From positions 18,042,001-18,106,000 of the forward strand of contig OZ024740.1 in the NCBI GenBank assembly GCA_964016885.1: 64,000 nt of DNA, in the 5' to 3' direction. The notes under the pieces are model-generated. The model saw only the letters and a program-made list of their open reading frames with translations. It was not told where the DNA came from and did not search any database. Each line of letters opens with the position of its first letter. Position 1 is the stretch's first letter. Source of the DNA: Eledone cirrhosa (taxonomy: Eukaryota). Below, one piece after another: positions 13,101-23,762 of the stretch. Both the position numbers and the translations under genes were made by a program.

Positions 13101-13127
13101 TCTATATTACTCTATATTACTCTATAT

Positions 13128-16100
13128 AAACCTGTAGCGAGGTAAGAATCCCAGAATTTGTCAACGCTCAAAAATGGTGAGACCTCGTTCCTGCGAATTA
13201 TAATGTAAATGCCATTTTTCTGATCTCTCTCCAGCCTATCGGTTCATTCATTCATATTTATTCTATTCTATAATTCTGTCTGGATGTTTCTAAATAATCT
13301 TCTTGTATTTTTAACTATATTTTCAACTACCCCACTTTGCAAACTACCCCATACTCCTCCCTCCCGCCCCCAATCTCCACCTTATTATTTGGACCAATCA
13401 CAAGTCAACAGCCTATGCTATCACTTCTGGCTGCTTTTCGATATGATGGATGGACTAAGGAATTTCTGGAGAGTCTGAAGAATCTGGACACTCGATGACA
13501 ATGCCAAAGATAACGACAAATTCACCCCATGCTGCCGGACGAAAGGGCAAGTCCCCCTCCTCTTTGTTTCGGCCGCGGATGGCCAACATAACCCCAACCC
13601 CATCCCCCTCACCCATCCCTGCACCCCATCCTCCAAACACAATTCAAAACTTCAGAGTTGGTACCATAAATGTAGGCACCTTAAAAGGCCGCTCTAAAGA
13701 GGTTGTAGAAATGCTTGAACATAAGGAGGTTGATGTTTGCTGTATCCAAGAGACCAGGTGGAGGGGCGGGTCTGCTAGATTCATTATGGGTAAAAAACGT
13801 TGCTATAAGCTCTTCTGGGTGGGAAATGACAATGGGATAGGTGGGGTAGGAATCATGTTAGCAGAAAAATGGGTGGATAAGATAATAGATGTAAATAGAG
13901 TAAATGACAGAATAATTAAAATAAGACTTGTTCTAAATAGAACTACTGTGACAGTAATATCGGCATACGCGCCCCAATCCGGACTGCCTGGCGCTATAAA
14001 AGACAGATTCTATGAGACACTGATGCTCACTACCTCCCAAATAACCGACAGTGACTATATAATTATTGCTGGCGACCTAAATGGCCACGTTGGTCAACAT
14101 TGTGACAGCTATGACGGAATCCACGGAGGCTATGGGTTTGGTACTAGAAATGAGGAAAGCTCCAGAATCCTGGAATTCTGTGATGCAAATAACCTAACTA
14201 TCTGTAACACTAACTTCAAAAAACGTGACAATCACTTGATCACCTACAGATCGGGGGAACATACCAGCCAGGTAGATTATATCCTTACCAGAGGACGTGA
14301 CAGAGTGTCTGTTGTAAACACAAAATCCTTCCCCCATGAAGAATGCACCTCCCAACATAGACTGCTAATTAGCGACCTCATAGTCAGGACGAGACGTACT
14401 AGACAACAGAAGAGGACTATCCTCAGGAGAAAAATATGGAAGTTAAAGGACCCCACAGCCAGAAATAAATGTCAAAGCATGTTACTTGATGCTTTCGACA
14501 GTAAGGAAGAGCAATTAGAGTCAGATAATATAGAGGAACAGTGGGAATTCCTGAAAGCAAACCTGCTGACGGCGGCAGACGAAGTCTGTGGCTGGAGCAG
14601 GCCTGTAGGTAGGAGGAGAGTAACATGGTGGTGGAACAGTAAGGTGGAGGAGTCAATTAAGGCCAAAAAGCAGGCTTGGAAAGTATGGCGGGATGGGGGA
14701 AGTAGAGAAGACTATCAAGTGGCCAGGAGGGAAGCTAGGAGACAAGTGTACTTTGCAAGAAGAGAAGCAGAGGAAAGAAAGTTCAAGCATGTTCTACAAC
14801 GTGAGGACCAAAAACGTGAGGTGTTCAGAATTGCTAGGCAATGTGTCAAGGAAAACCGTGATATTGTCGGGGAGAAGTGTGTACTTAATGATGATGGTGT
14901 ACTTGCCATGACTGACGCTGATAAGAAGGTAGCTTGGAAGTGTCACTACGAAAGGCTTCTAAATGAGAATAAATGGGAGAAAGACAGTCTCCCCCACATC
15001 GACCCAATAGAGGGACCGGCAGTGTTAGTCGAAGGTAGTATAATAAGTAAGGCAATCAAAGATATGAAGATGGGTAAGGCGGCTGGGCCTTCGGAAATAG
15101 TTGCTGAGATGCTGAAAGCCTCTGGAACGGTGGGACACACCATGGTCACCCGGATAGTAAACCAAGTCATACAGAATGGGGTTGTTCCAAAGGACTGGCG
15201 TAGCAGCATCATCATTAACTGTTACAAGGGTAAAGGAGATGCCCTAGATAGGAGTAACTATAGAGGCATTAAATTAATCGACCAGGTCATGAAGGTCACG
15301 GAAAAAGTTATAGCGCAACTAATCAGAGAGAGAATTGATCTAGATGAAATGCAGTTCGGTTTTGTGTCAGGCAAAAGTACCACAGACGCTCTTTTCATTG
15401 TACGACAACTACAGGAGAAGTACCTAGCTAAAAGTAAACCCATATACTTAGCTTTTGTTGACTTGGAGAAAGCCTTTGACAGAGTCCCCCGTTCCATTAT
15501 CTGGTGGGCTCTTAGAAAACTAGGTGTTGACGAATGGCTTGTGAGAGCTATACAAGCCATGTATAAAGAAACAGTCAGCAAGGTTAGAATTAACAACGAA
15601 TATAGTGAAGAGTTTAGTGTAAAAGTTGGTGTACATCAGGGCTCTGTTCTTAGCCCCCTACTATTTATTATTGCCCTTCAGGCTATAACAGTGGAGTTCA
15701 AGACCGGCTGCCCATGGGAACTCCTATACGCAGATGATCTAACGCTCATAGCTGAATCAATGGCCGAGCTAGAGAAGAAATTCCAAACATGGAAGCATGG
15801 CCTAGAATCAAAAGGGCTTAAAATTAACCTGGCTAAGACTAAAGTTCTAGTTTGTAGGAAAGAAAATAAGGCGACGGTCCCTTCCGGGAAATGGCCATGC
15901 TCAGTGTGTAGGAAAGGCGTAGGTAGAAATTCCATTTTATGTCCCAAATGCAAAGTATGGGTGCATAAAAGATGTAGTGGGATCACAGGTAAGCTAACTA
16001 AGAACATAGATTTTACATGTGGCCGGTGCTCTGGTGCAATAAGTAGCAGCAAGTGCCCACAAAATACTAGCTCTTTCAATTGCGCAGAGAGTTCTATAGA

Positions 16101-17183
16101 AATCGTGGACAGCTTCCGTTACCTGGGTGACAAAATCAGCAGTGGGGGAGGGTGGTCTGAAAGTACAGTAGCTAGAGTCAGAACTGGATGGAAAAAGTTC
16201 AGAGAGCTTATACCACTATTAGCCACTAAAGGGTTCTCCTTAAAAATGAAAGGCAGGTTGTATGATGCCTGCATACGAACAGCAATGTTGCATGGCAGTG
16301 AGACCTGGGCATTGTGTGCAGAGGATATACGCAGACTAGAGAGGAACGAAGCTTGCATGCTCTGCTGGATGTGTAATAGTAACATACGTGAACGGCAAAG
16401 CATAAGCGAACTAAGGAAAAAATTAGAAATAAGAGGGATCAGATGTTGTTTACTCGAGAGAAGGCTGCGTTGGTATGGTCACGTGATGCGCATGAAAGAC
16501 GACAGCTGTATAACAAAGTGCAGGGCAATAAAGATAGACGGTAGCTACGGAGTAGGCAGACCCAGAAAAACCTGGGACGAGCTGATAAATTCCGACCTCA
16601 CACACTTACCCCTCTCCAAGACAATGTCACTGGACCGAGACCTTTGGCGGTACTCAGTAATAGAGAAGACCCGCCTTACCTAAATACAAAGTAAAACCTA
16701 CTACAGTCAGTAGGCATCTCTAACAAAATACACCCCCGTTCCACCCCCCCCACCCCATTCACCCCGCCCCTTTCAATGTAAAGTTATGTTGGTGCCACAA
16801 CATCCAGGCCGAAACAAATGAGATCGTGTAGGTGTCACGACAAAAAAACACACAGTCCACGCTGTAATGTGGCCGTGTAGCCAACACAGTAAAAACCTCC
16901 CAGCCCCACACTGTAAATGTGGTTGGTGTTAAGAAGGGCATCCAGCTGTAGAAAACCCGCCAGACAGTCCACGCTGTAATGTGGCCGTGTAGGCAACACG
17001 GTAAAAACCTCCCAGCCCCACACTGTAAATGTGGTTGGTGTTAGGAAGGGCATCCAGCTGTAGAAAACCCGCCAGACAGTCCTATGCGAGCAAGACAATC
17101 ACTCTTGCCTCAAGTGGGAAAACCCCCGTCCAAACCCATGCAAGCGTGGAACACGGACGTTAAATGATGATGATGATGATGAT
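13128..17183 (+). mobile_element. Apparently full-length RTE-clade LINE
   Basis: About 370-nt 5' UTR, single long ORF, 3' UTR with GTTGGTGTTAGGAAGGGCATCCAGC motif and (GAT)n tail; interrupts the 72-bp minisatellite. Confidence 0.95.
13495..16683 (+). CDS. RTE polyprotein: APE endonuclease, reverse transcriptase, PHD-like Cys4-His-Cys3 finger (1062 aa)
   Basis: GTINVGTL, IQETRW, SAYAP, GDLNGH, DYIL, SQH (endonuclease); QFGF, DLEKAFDRV, QGSVLSPLLF, YADD (RT); CSVC...CPKC...HKRC...CGRC; C-terminal RWYGHVMR...GRPRKTW. Confidence 0.96.
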   Translation: MTMPKITTNSPHAAGRKGKSPSSLFRPRMANITPTPSPSPIPAPHPPNTIQNFRVGTINVGTLKGRSKEVVEMLEHKEVDVCCIQETRWRGGSARFIMGKKRCYKLFWVGNDNGIGGVGIMLAEKWVDKIIDVNRVNDRIIKIRLVLNRTTVTVISAYAPQSGLPGAIKDRFYETLMLTTSQITDSDYIIIAGDLNGHVGQHCDSYDGIHGGYGFGTRNEESSRILEFCDANNLTICNTNFKKRDNHLITYRSGEHTSQVDYILTRGRDRVSVVNTKSFPHEECTSQHRLLISDLIVRTRRTRQQKRTILRRKIWKLKDPTARNKCQSMLLDAFDSKEEQLESDNIEEQWEFLKANLLTAADEVCGWSRPVGRRRVTWWWNSKVEESIKAKKQAWKVWRDGGSREDYQVARREARRQVYFARREAEERKFKHVLQREDQKREVFRIARQCVKENRDIVGEKCVLNDDGVLAMTDADKKVAWKCHYERLLNENKWEKDSLPHIDPIEGPAVLVEGSIISKAIKDMKMGKAAGPSEIVAEMLKASGTVGHTMVTRIVNQVIQNGVVPKDWRSSIIINCYKGKGDALDRSNYRGIKLIDQVMKVTEKVIAQLIRERIDLDEMQFGFVSGKSTTDALFIVRQLQEKYLAKSKPIYLAFVDLEKAFDRVPRSIIWWALRKLGVDEWLVRAIQAMYKETVSKVRINNEYSEEFSVKVGVHQGSVLSPLLFIIALQAITVEFKTGCPWELLYADDLTLIAESMAELEKKFQTWKHGLESKGLKINLAKTKVLVCRKENKATVPSGKWPCSVCRKGVGRNSILCPKCKVWVHKRCSGITGKLTKNIDFTCGRCSGAISSSKCPQNTSSFNCAESSIEIVDSFRYLGDKISSGGGWSESTVARVRTGWKKFRELIPLLATKGFSLKMKGRLYDACIRTAMLHGSETWALCAEDIRRLERNEACMLCWMCNSNIRERQSISELRKKLEIRGIRCCLLERRLRWYGHVMRMKDDSCITKCRAIKIDGSYGVGRPRKTWDELINSDLTHLPLSKTMSLDRDLWRYSVIEKTRLT

Positions 17184-17284
17184 ACTATTGTATTTTCACA
17201 GTAAAGGCTTTACCTCACATAATATCTCACATAATATTGAATCAATGAGATTTTCATATTATTTATTTTAAGAACAATACCTTA

Positions 17285-17378
17285 ACATTAGTATGAGTGG
17301 CTAGTTATGGCTCGTTAGAACAGAAAGAGGTAAGAGAATTCTGGCTGGATTTGGCCGGTTTGAATGCTAAAGGGTTAA
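17285..17378. mobile_element. piggyBac-type MITE end
   Basis: Ends GAATGCTAAAGGG-TTAA, the same terminus type as 26766-27060. Confidence 0.45.
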
Positions 17379-17394
17379 GTGTGCATGGAACATT

Positions 17395-17950
17395 AGAAAC
17401 CTTCTTGTCTGCAGTTCCCTTCATCACTAACTCCTCTCCCAGGTCTCACACATACTCTTGACCCTGCTACAATACTTGCCAACACTACTATCTACATTGG
17501 ACCCAATGGCCACTCCTTATAAATTAGGGATATTTCCTGCTGCACCTTCATGAACCACAACTACAGGCCCTACTGCATGGTTTATGAGGCCACCTACATC
17601 AGCCAAACTGGTCATTGACTGGTAGAGAGATTTGCCAAGCATCTTTGATACATCCAGCTCAACTACTAGTCTCTAGTCATCTAACATTTCCACTCTGCTG
17701 GCCATTCCACACCCACCTCACCGTTTTTGGCCACACTACACTCACAGAATCTCCTGACTCCCACCTCTGAGTGGATGTGTGAGAAATTTCTTCTCCTCAA
17801 CTCAACACAGAATACAGCTTTTTAGATACTGCCTCCTCTTTTCTGATGAAAGTCTAACATCTGATACGTTGAGACATTCCTTTTCTTTTTCCAACAAGAG
17901 GGAAATTAATAAAAGTTTGCGTAAATGTATCTGTGGTTGTTTTTTTAAAA
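17395..17950 (+). mobile_element. Decayed Penelope-like element 3' end (Neptune-like) with degenerate hammerhead
   Basis: YISQTGH*LVERFAKHL at ~17595 (YIGETGR-type GIY-YIG); CTGATGA-AAGTCTAACATCT-GATA-CGTT-GAGA at 17843-17874. Confidence 0.6.
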
Positions 17951-18032
17951 ATCTTGATACACACTCACACACACATAAATATATGTATAAACATGCAAAC
18001 ATATGAAACCACTTTGGTTGTGGTCAGGATCT

Positions 18033-18212
<180 letters not shown>

Positions 18213-18407
18213 CATACACACACATATATATATATATAGTATTAAGGATACTATTTATGGTTATGTATATACTAAAACTTTTTATAGTTATATATATTTT
18301 AAACCCTAAACAATGAAAGACAGTAATTTATTACTGCCTTATTACCAGTAAGATAAATAGCTCAATGTAATAACATCTGTTGTTCTACAGAGCAGTTATA
18401 AAGAAAT

Positions 18408-18947
18408 TACATGAATCAAAGTTCTGTTCAAACCATTTATTAGCTTACAATTGTTTCGTCCAAACCGAGGTTTGGAGTCTTCGGATCAATTTTTCAATGA
18501 TTGTTTACATACATGACCTCCATTCCAACACAAGAGACATACAGAAACATATGTATATATTGATGCACAGTGGGGTGACATCCATTATAATATTTTAGCA
18601 TGGCAATTTATATTCAAAAATTAAAAGATTGCATACACTAACTACTTCAAACTATCCTCTTGCATTATCTTCGTAAACTGCCGATGTTGTATTTTAACTT
18701 TAATTTTGTTTTAATTTTCTTTTAATATGATTTTATTTTTTGAATATAAATTGCCATGCTAAAATATTATAATGGATGTCAACCCACTGTGCATCGATAT
18801 ATACATATGTTTCTGTATGTCTCTTGTGTTGGAAAGGAGATCATGTATGTAAACAATCATTGAAAAATTGCTCCGAAGACTTCAAACTGCGGTTTGGACG
18901 AAACAATTGTAAGCTAATAAATGGTTTGAACAGAACTTTGATTCATG
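18408..18947. mobile_element. Fold-back element with ~220-bp inverted arms, each carrying a CCGAAGA hammerhead-like motif (18443-18487 minus, 18870-18914 plus)
   Basis: Arms ACATGAATCAAAG...ATTCAAAAA and TTTTTGAAT...CTTTGATTCATGT; core GCT-CCGAAGA-stem-GAAA-CAATTG-TA-AGC. Confidence 0.8.
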
Positions 18948-18949
18948 TG

Positions 18950-18980
<31 letters not shown>

Positions 18981-18984
<4 letters not shown>

Positions 18985-19805
18985 ATATTTAGAAACACAC
19001 AGATACATGCGGACACACACATATACATGAATGCATCCACACCCAACCGTGAGTTAATGGTGCCAACCTTACCGATGTTGCTCAATGAATGACTGGGACA
19101 GACCAATCCGGTTGAATTAGACTGAACCAGTATCAGAGTTAAAAATACATTATGAAGAGAGAAGAAACATTTAGATATAATTAGTAATAAAATGTATCAT
19201 ACCTAAACTGCTCCTAGATTCCTCGACTACGTAGTTTCGTGGCATAAACAAAAACAATACATCATAAAGATATAGAGTCCTTGCGAGGTGTGCCGACTTA
19301 TCAAGAGGATACCTCATTTTACTAGCTTCAAGAACGCGTCTACACGACGTGAGAAAGAATCCCAAAAGGCGGAGGGGGAGATAGTCACGCGATATAACGG
19401 CCGAGAAACAGAGCTAAGCCTCTTATAACCCCGAAGAAAATACCACGGAGGCGGAGGGGGTATTTATATCGAAGCCGTAGAAGAGGTGGTGAAGGAGGCG
19501 AGAAGTATGAGTAATGGCAGCTTTCCAGCAGTCACCACACTTCAAAGATTACTCGACCAGAGGGAGTTATGAACAATATATTTAGAAACACACAGATACA
19601 TGCGGACACACACATATACATGAATGCATCCACACCCAACTGTGAGTTAATGGTGCCAACCTTACCGATGTTGCTCAATGAATGACTGGGACAGACCAAT
19701 CCGGTTGAATTAGACTGAACCAGTATCAGAGTTAAAAATACATTATGAAGAGAGAAGAAACATTTAGATATAATTAGTAATAAAATGTATCATACCTAAA
19801 CTGCT
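18981..19805 (-). mobile_element. Partial-tandem element (232-bp direct repeats, period 593) with degenerate hammerhead at 19219-19310
   Basis: 18981-19212 repeats at 19574-19805; minus strand CCTC-TTGATAA...GCCAC-GAAA-CTACGTAG-TC-GAGG; bounded by (TA)n. Confidence 0.7.
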
Positions 19806-20039
19806 ATATATATATTTCGTTTCTGAATTTGTTTAGCAAAGTATAACAATATATAATATATATACAAACATACACACACACATTTATATATATATATATG
19901 TATATGTAAAAGGTAAACATGGCTGCCCTCTCATTATCGAGTATGGCCATTGCAGGCTAAAAAAAACAATGCATATATATATTAATAACTAATAACTAAT
20001 ATATAAATGTGTGTGTGTGTATTATATATATAAAAAAAT

Positions 20040-20082
20040 GATAATGAAATTATTGTGTACAGTGCTCAGGTGCACTACAACA
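20040..20082 (-). mobile_element. CR1-type LINE 3' tail
   Basis: Matches CCTGAGCACTGTACACAATAATTTCAT, the tail of the CR1 remnant at 58380-59012. Confidence 0.6.
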
Positions 20083-20127
20083 TATATATATACGAGTATA
20101 TACAAATATATATATATATATGTGTGA

Positions 20128-20156
<29 letters not shown>

Positions 20157-20158
<2 letters not shown>

Positions 20159-20343
20159 ACGAAGGAAATGTGGTAAGGAACCAGGTGGACCATAACGCAC
20201 GAAAGTACTCAATACTTGGGGTAGTAGAGTAGGTAATAGAAACCAGTAAGACCCCGACGGCTGAGCTCAAGCCGTTTCGACGGCTAATTAGCAGAATTAG
20301 CCGTCGAAACGGCTTGAGCTCAGCCGTCGGGGTCTTACTGGTT

Positions 20344-20381
<38 letters not shown>

Positions 20382-20568
20382 AAAAAGTATGACCCTGATG
20401 GCAGAGCTCAAGCCATTTCGACAGCTATTTCCGTCCAGAAATAGCCGTCAAAACGGCTTGAGCTCTGCCGTCGGGGTCATACTTTTCCCTATTTCCCACT
20501 CTACTACCCTAAGTATTGAGTACTCTGGTACGTTATGGTCCATCTGGTTCCTTACCACATTTCCTTTG

Positions 20569-20572
<4 letters not shown>
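20157..20572. mobile_element. Two related fold-back elements separated by (TA)n, carrying hammerhead 3' halves
   Basis: Palindrome centres at ~20292 and ~20434; GAAA-CGGCT-TGAGCTC-AGCCG-TC-GGGGTC; the outer arms are also inverted homologues of each other. Confidence 0.75.
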
Positions 20573-20603
<31 letters not shown>

Positions 20604-20934
20604 TGTGTGTGTGTGTATATATATATATATATGTGTATGTGTGTGAGTGTGTATATATATTTATTTGTGTGTGTATGTATGTATAGGAATCAATAAGATC
20701 AAAATGGATTATTAATGTTAAACTTTTAGTTGTTAGTACACACCCCACATTACTGAACACATGTGGACAGAGTTTATTGATGTGACGGTAGGGCGATGTG
20801 TGTGTGGGGGGAGGGAGGGCTGATCTTGTGTGTATATATGTTTATGTGGGTGTGTCTATATCAGCCTATGTATTTGTATGTATGTGAATGAATATGTGTA
20901 TATATCTAGTGTTGTACATTAAATGGTGCTACAT

Positions 20935-20937
20935 CCG

Positions 20938-21028
<91 letters not shown>

Positions 21029-21199
21029 GTTTGTGTGTGTGTATTTGTGTGTGTGTGTGTTTGTGTGTTTGTGTGTGTGTTTGTGTGTGTTTGTAGTTTG
21101 TGTGTGTTTGTGTATGTTTTGCGTGTGTTTGTGTTTGTGTGTTTGTGTGTTTGTGTGTTTGTGTGGGCGTGTGTGTGTTTGTTTGTGTGTATGTGTTTG

Positions 21200-21235
<36 letters not shown>

Positions 21236-21402
21236 TGTGTGTGTGTGTTTGTGTGTTTGTTTGTGTGTGTGTGTGTGTGTATTGTGTGTATTGTGTGTGT
21301 ATGTGTGTTTGTGTGTGTTTGTGTGTGTTTCTCTGTTATGCTCCCATTCCCAGTATTTTACACACTCAAACATATTTATATATACATCTGCGTGTATGTG
21401 GG

Positions 21403-21440
<38 letters not shown>

Positions 21441-21495
21441 AGTGTGTGTGTGTATATATATATATACATATATATGTATATGTATATATATATAT
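20935..21495. repeat. (GT/GTTT)n and (TA)n microsatellites
   Basis: Direct reading. Confidence 0.95.
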
Positions 21496-21592
21496 ATCAT
21501 CATTCATCATCATTTCATTTTACTCCACTTTTCCCAGCTTGCAAGGGTGGGACGGGAACTGATGCTGGCTTGATTTCTACAGCTGGATGCCC
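21496..21592 (-). mobile_element. RTE 3' tail remnant
   Basis: AGGGCATCCAGCTGTAGAAA motif and degenerate (GAT)n tail; a similar remnant lies at 52125-52235. Confidence 0.6.
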
Positions 21593-21679
<87 letters not shown>

Positions 21680-21687
<8 letters not shown>

Positions 21688-22510
21688 ATACTTTGGGAGG
21701 GTCATGTTGCCAATAAGAAACACATGCACCAGTTGCTTTCACTTCAATTTATTATAAATTAAATTTATAAATTTCCGGTTGATTGGTTGGTTCCACAACC
21801 AGACGAGTTCATATATTGTCAAAGTTCTTTCGTCACACATTCTGTGACCTCTTCAGTGACTGGGGATTCTTTTCTTTGTTTTTGTGCCTCTCCTTTGTTC
21901 TGTCCTACGCCATCTTGTTTTTGTGTGTGTTGTGTGCTTAGTTTGCGCATGTGTTACATCCGGGTGTCTGTGTGTGTTTATATTTGTTTATTTATTTGTT
22001 TATTTACATGTTACAGGTTGGTTGTTTGTTCTATGTGTGTGTGTGTTTTCATTTTGTCCTTAATTGTAAGTTGTGATGTTGCTATTCCATTCATGCATTC
22101 TATTTAATTTTGGTTGTAATTCTTTTATGTTTATTGCCTCTGTGATTTGTCTAAACATTGCGTCTTTTCTGTGTGTAGATTCTATTTTTATTTCTATGTT
22201 CTCTAATTTACCCTTATGTTCTATTTTAGCATGTTGGTAGAGTACAGATGATTCTTTACTATCTTGAAGCTCTCACCAGTGTTCATTTATCTGTTCTCCT
22301 ATTCTACGAGCTGTCTCACCTATGTACACTATATTCTTATCTCTACATTGTCCTTCAGTACATCTTATGCTATATACTACATTTCTAGTTTAAACTAGAA
22401 ATGTACTGGTGCGTGTGTTTCTTATTGGCAACATGACCCTCCCAAAGTATAACAATATCGGTTTCAACACACGTTTTCAGATAAAGAATCTTGCTAAACA
22501 AATTCAGAAA
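21680..22510 (-). mobile_element. Penelope-like element 3' fragment (Hydra-clade-like) with inverted terminal piece
   Basis: NVVYSIRCTEGQC...VYIGETARRIGEQINEH...SVLYQH...RQITEAINI...LNRMHEWN; 22406-22459 is an inverted copy of 21680-21733; (TA)n on both sides. Confidence 0.8.
21818..21860 (-). ncRNA. Minimal type I hammerhead motif
   Basis: GTCA-CTGAAGA-GGTCACA GAATG TGTGAC-GAAA-GAAC-TT-TGAC. Confidence 0.7.
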
Positions 22511-22646
<136 letters not shown>

Positions 22647-22946
22647 TATCAGTTCTGTATGAGCATGACATGGTCACCTGACCTAGCATTGCTCACAACA
22701 GGATAACTTGTTTCACTTTATGACTGCGAAGATGACTTTCGAGTCCAGCTTTGCTTAGGCAGAGTCTCGCACAGACGCTGCATGTCAGTGCCATAGGAGG
22801 ACCTTCGCTGTCTGGAAATACAATAGCAATGCCCTTCCTCACATCCCGCTTTACTTTCTCGTATGCGATTCAAGAACTTATCATTTTAACTTAAAACGAT
22901 AAGTTCTGTTTTTTTGGATATGTCAATATTTATAAAACAACTTTTG

Positions 22947-23007
22947 TATTTTATCTGATGAGAGCGTACCAAAATGTTGGTACCCTTGAAATATATATAA
23001 TAGAATA
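22947..23007 (+). ncRNA. Type I hammerhead motif in a PLE-type terminal repeat (element ~22645-23140)
   Basis: TATTTTAT-CTGATGA-GAGCGTACCA AAATGT TGGTACCCTT-GAAA-TATATA-TA-ATAGAATA. Confidence 0.75.
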
Positions 23008-23155
23008 AATATGGTTTTATAAAGATAGTTTCCATTTATTTAATATCATTGAAATTATACTCCAGAAGAAACTTGTAGAGTGCTTCGAATCTTTATAAAT
23101 AAATTTGTTGAATAACCAACAAATTAAATATCTCTTTGCTTATATATATATATAT

Positions 23156-23713
23156 AGGTAAATATTTATATTATATTTTTTAATGTATTTTGAAAAATTG
23201 ATTGAATTTTACTTGTTCTGCTTATCTTAATATTAAAGTTCTGGTGTATCAAATTAACACCATTGAACAACCTTGAATCATAGACAACCTATGTATTTCT
23301 AGGGGTACCTAGTATCCCTGGACATATTAACTTCTACCTTTTTCTCCGTCCGTTGAGAACAAATCTGTTGCTCTACTTGGCTGCTATTTTTTTAGTAGTA
23401 ATTGTAGACAGCAAGTCTTTGATTTTCCCGCTTTTACTTCGGTCCAGTTTACATACGGGTCACTTTTACGACCTTTCAGACCTTTATTAGCTGGCAGGAG
23501 GTTGTATATTTTGTCGTTCCTGGGACGTTTAGCCCTAGGAAGGGAAAATGCTTCTCTGATGAGCTTTGGTTTTCCATCATAAATCCATCGGATTTATGAG
23601 GTTTTACAAAGCGAAACTGATCAGTAAGGGCCACTAGAAGAGGTAAATATTTATATTATATTTTTTAATGTATTTTGAAAAATTGATTGAATTTTACTTG
23701 TTCTGCTTATCTT

Positions 23714-23717
<4 letters not shown>
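23156..23717 (+). mobile_element. Partial-tandem PLE-type element (77-bp direct repeats, period 485)
   Basis: 23156-23232 repeats at 23641-23717; contains a hammerhead; (TA)n on both sides. Confidence 0.75.
23552..23630 (+). ncRNA. Type I hammerhead ribozyme motif, intact core
   Basis: TTCT-CTGATGA-GCTTTG...TCATAAATCC ATC GGATTTATGA...CAAAGC-GAAA-CTGATCAG-TA-AGGG; palindromic stem III. Confidence 0.85.

Positions 23718-23759
<42 letters not shown>

Positions 23760-23762
<3 letters not shown>

Noticed and set aside
11883-13129. 281- and 344-aa ORFs with 24-aa hydrophobic repeats
   Set aside because: Translation of the 72-bp minisatellite; open in two frames, and the array is interrupted by a LINE.
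14423-16403. Antisense and alternate-frame ORFs within the RTE and Tx1 elements
   Set aside because: Shadows of the real coding frames with no independent motifs.
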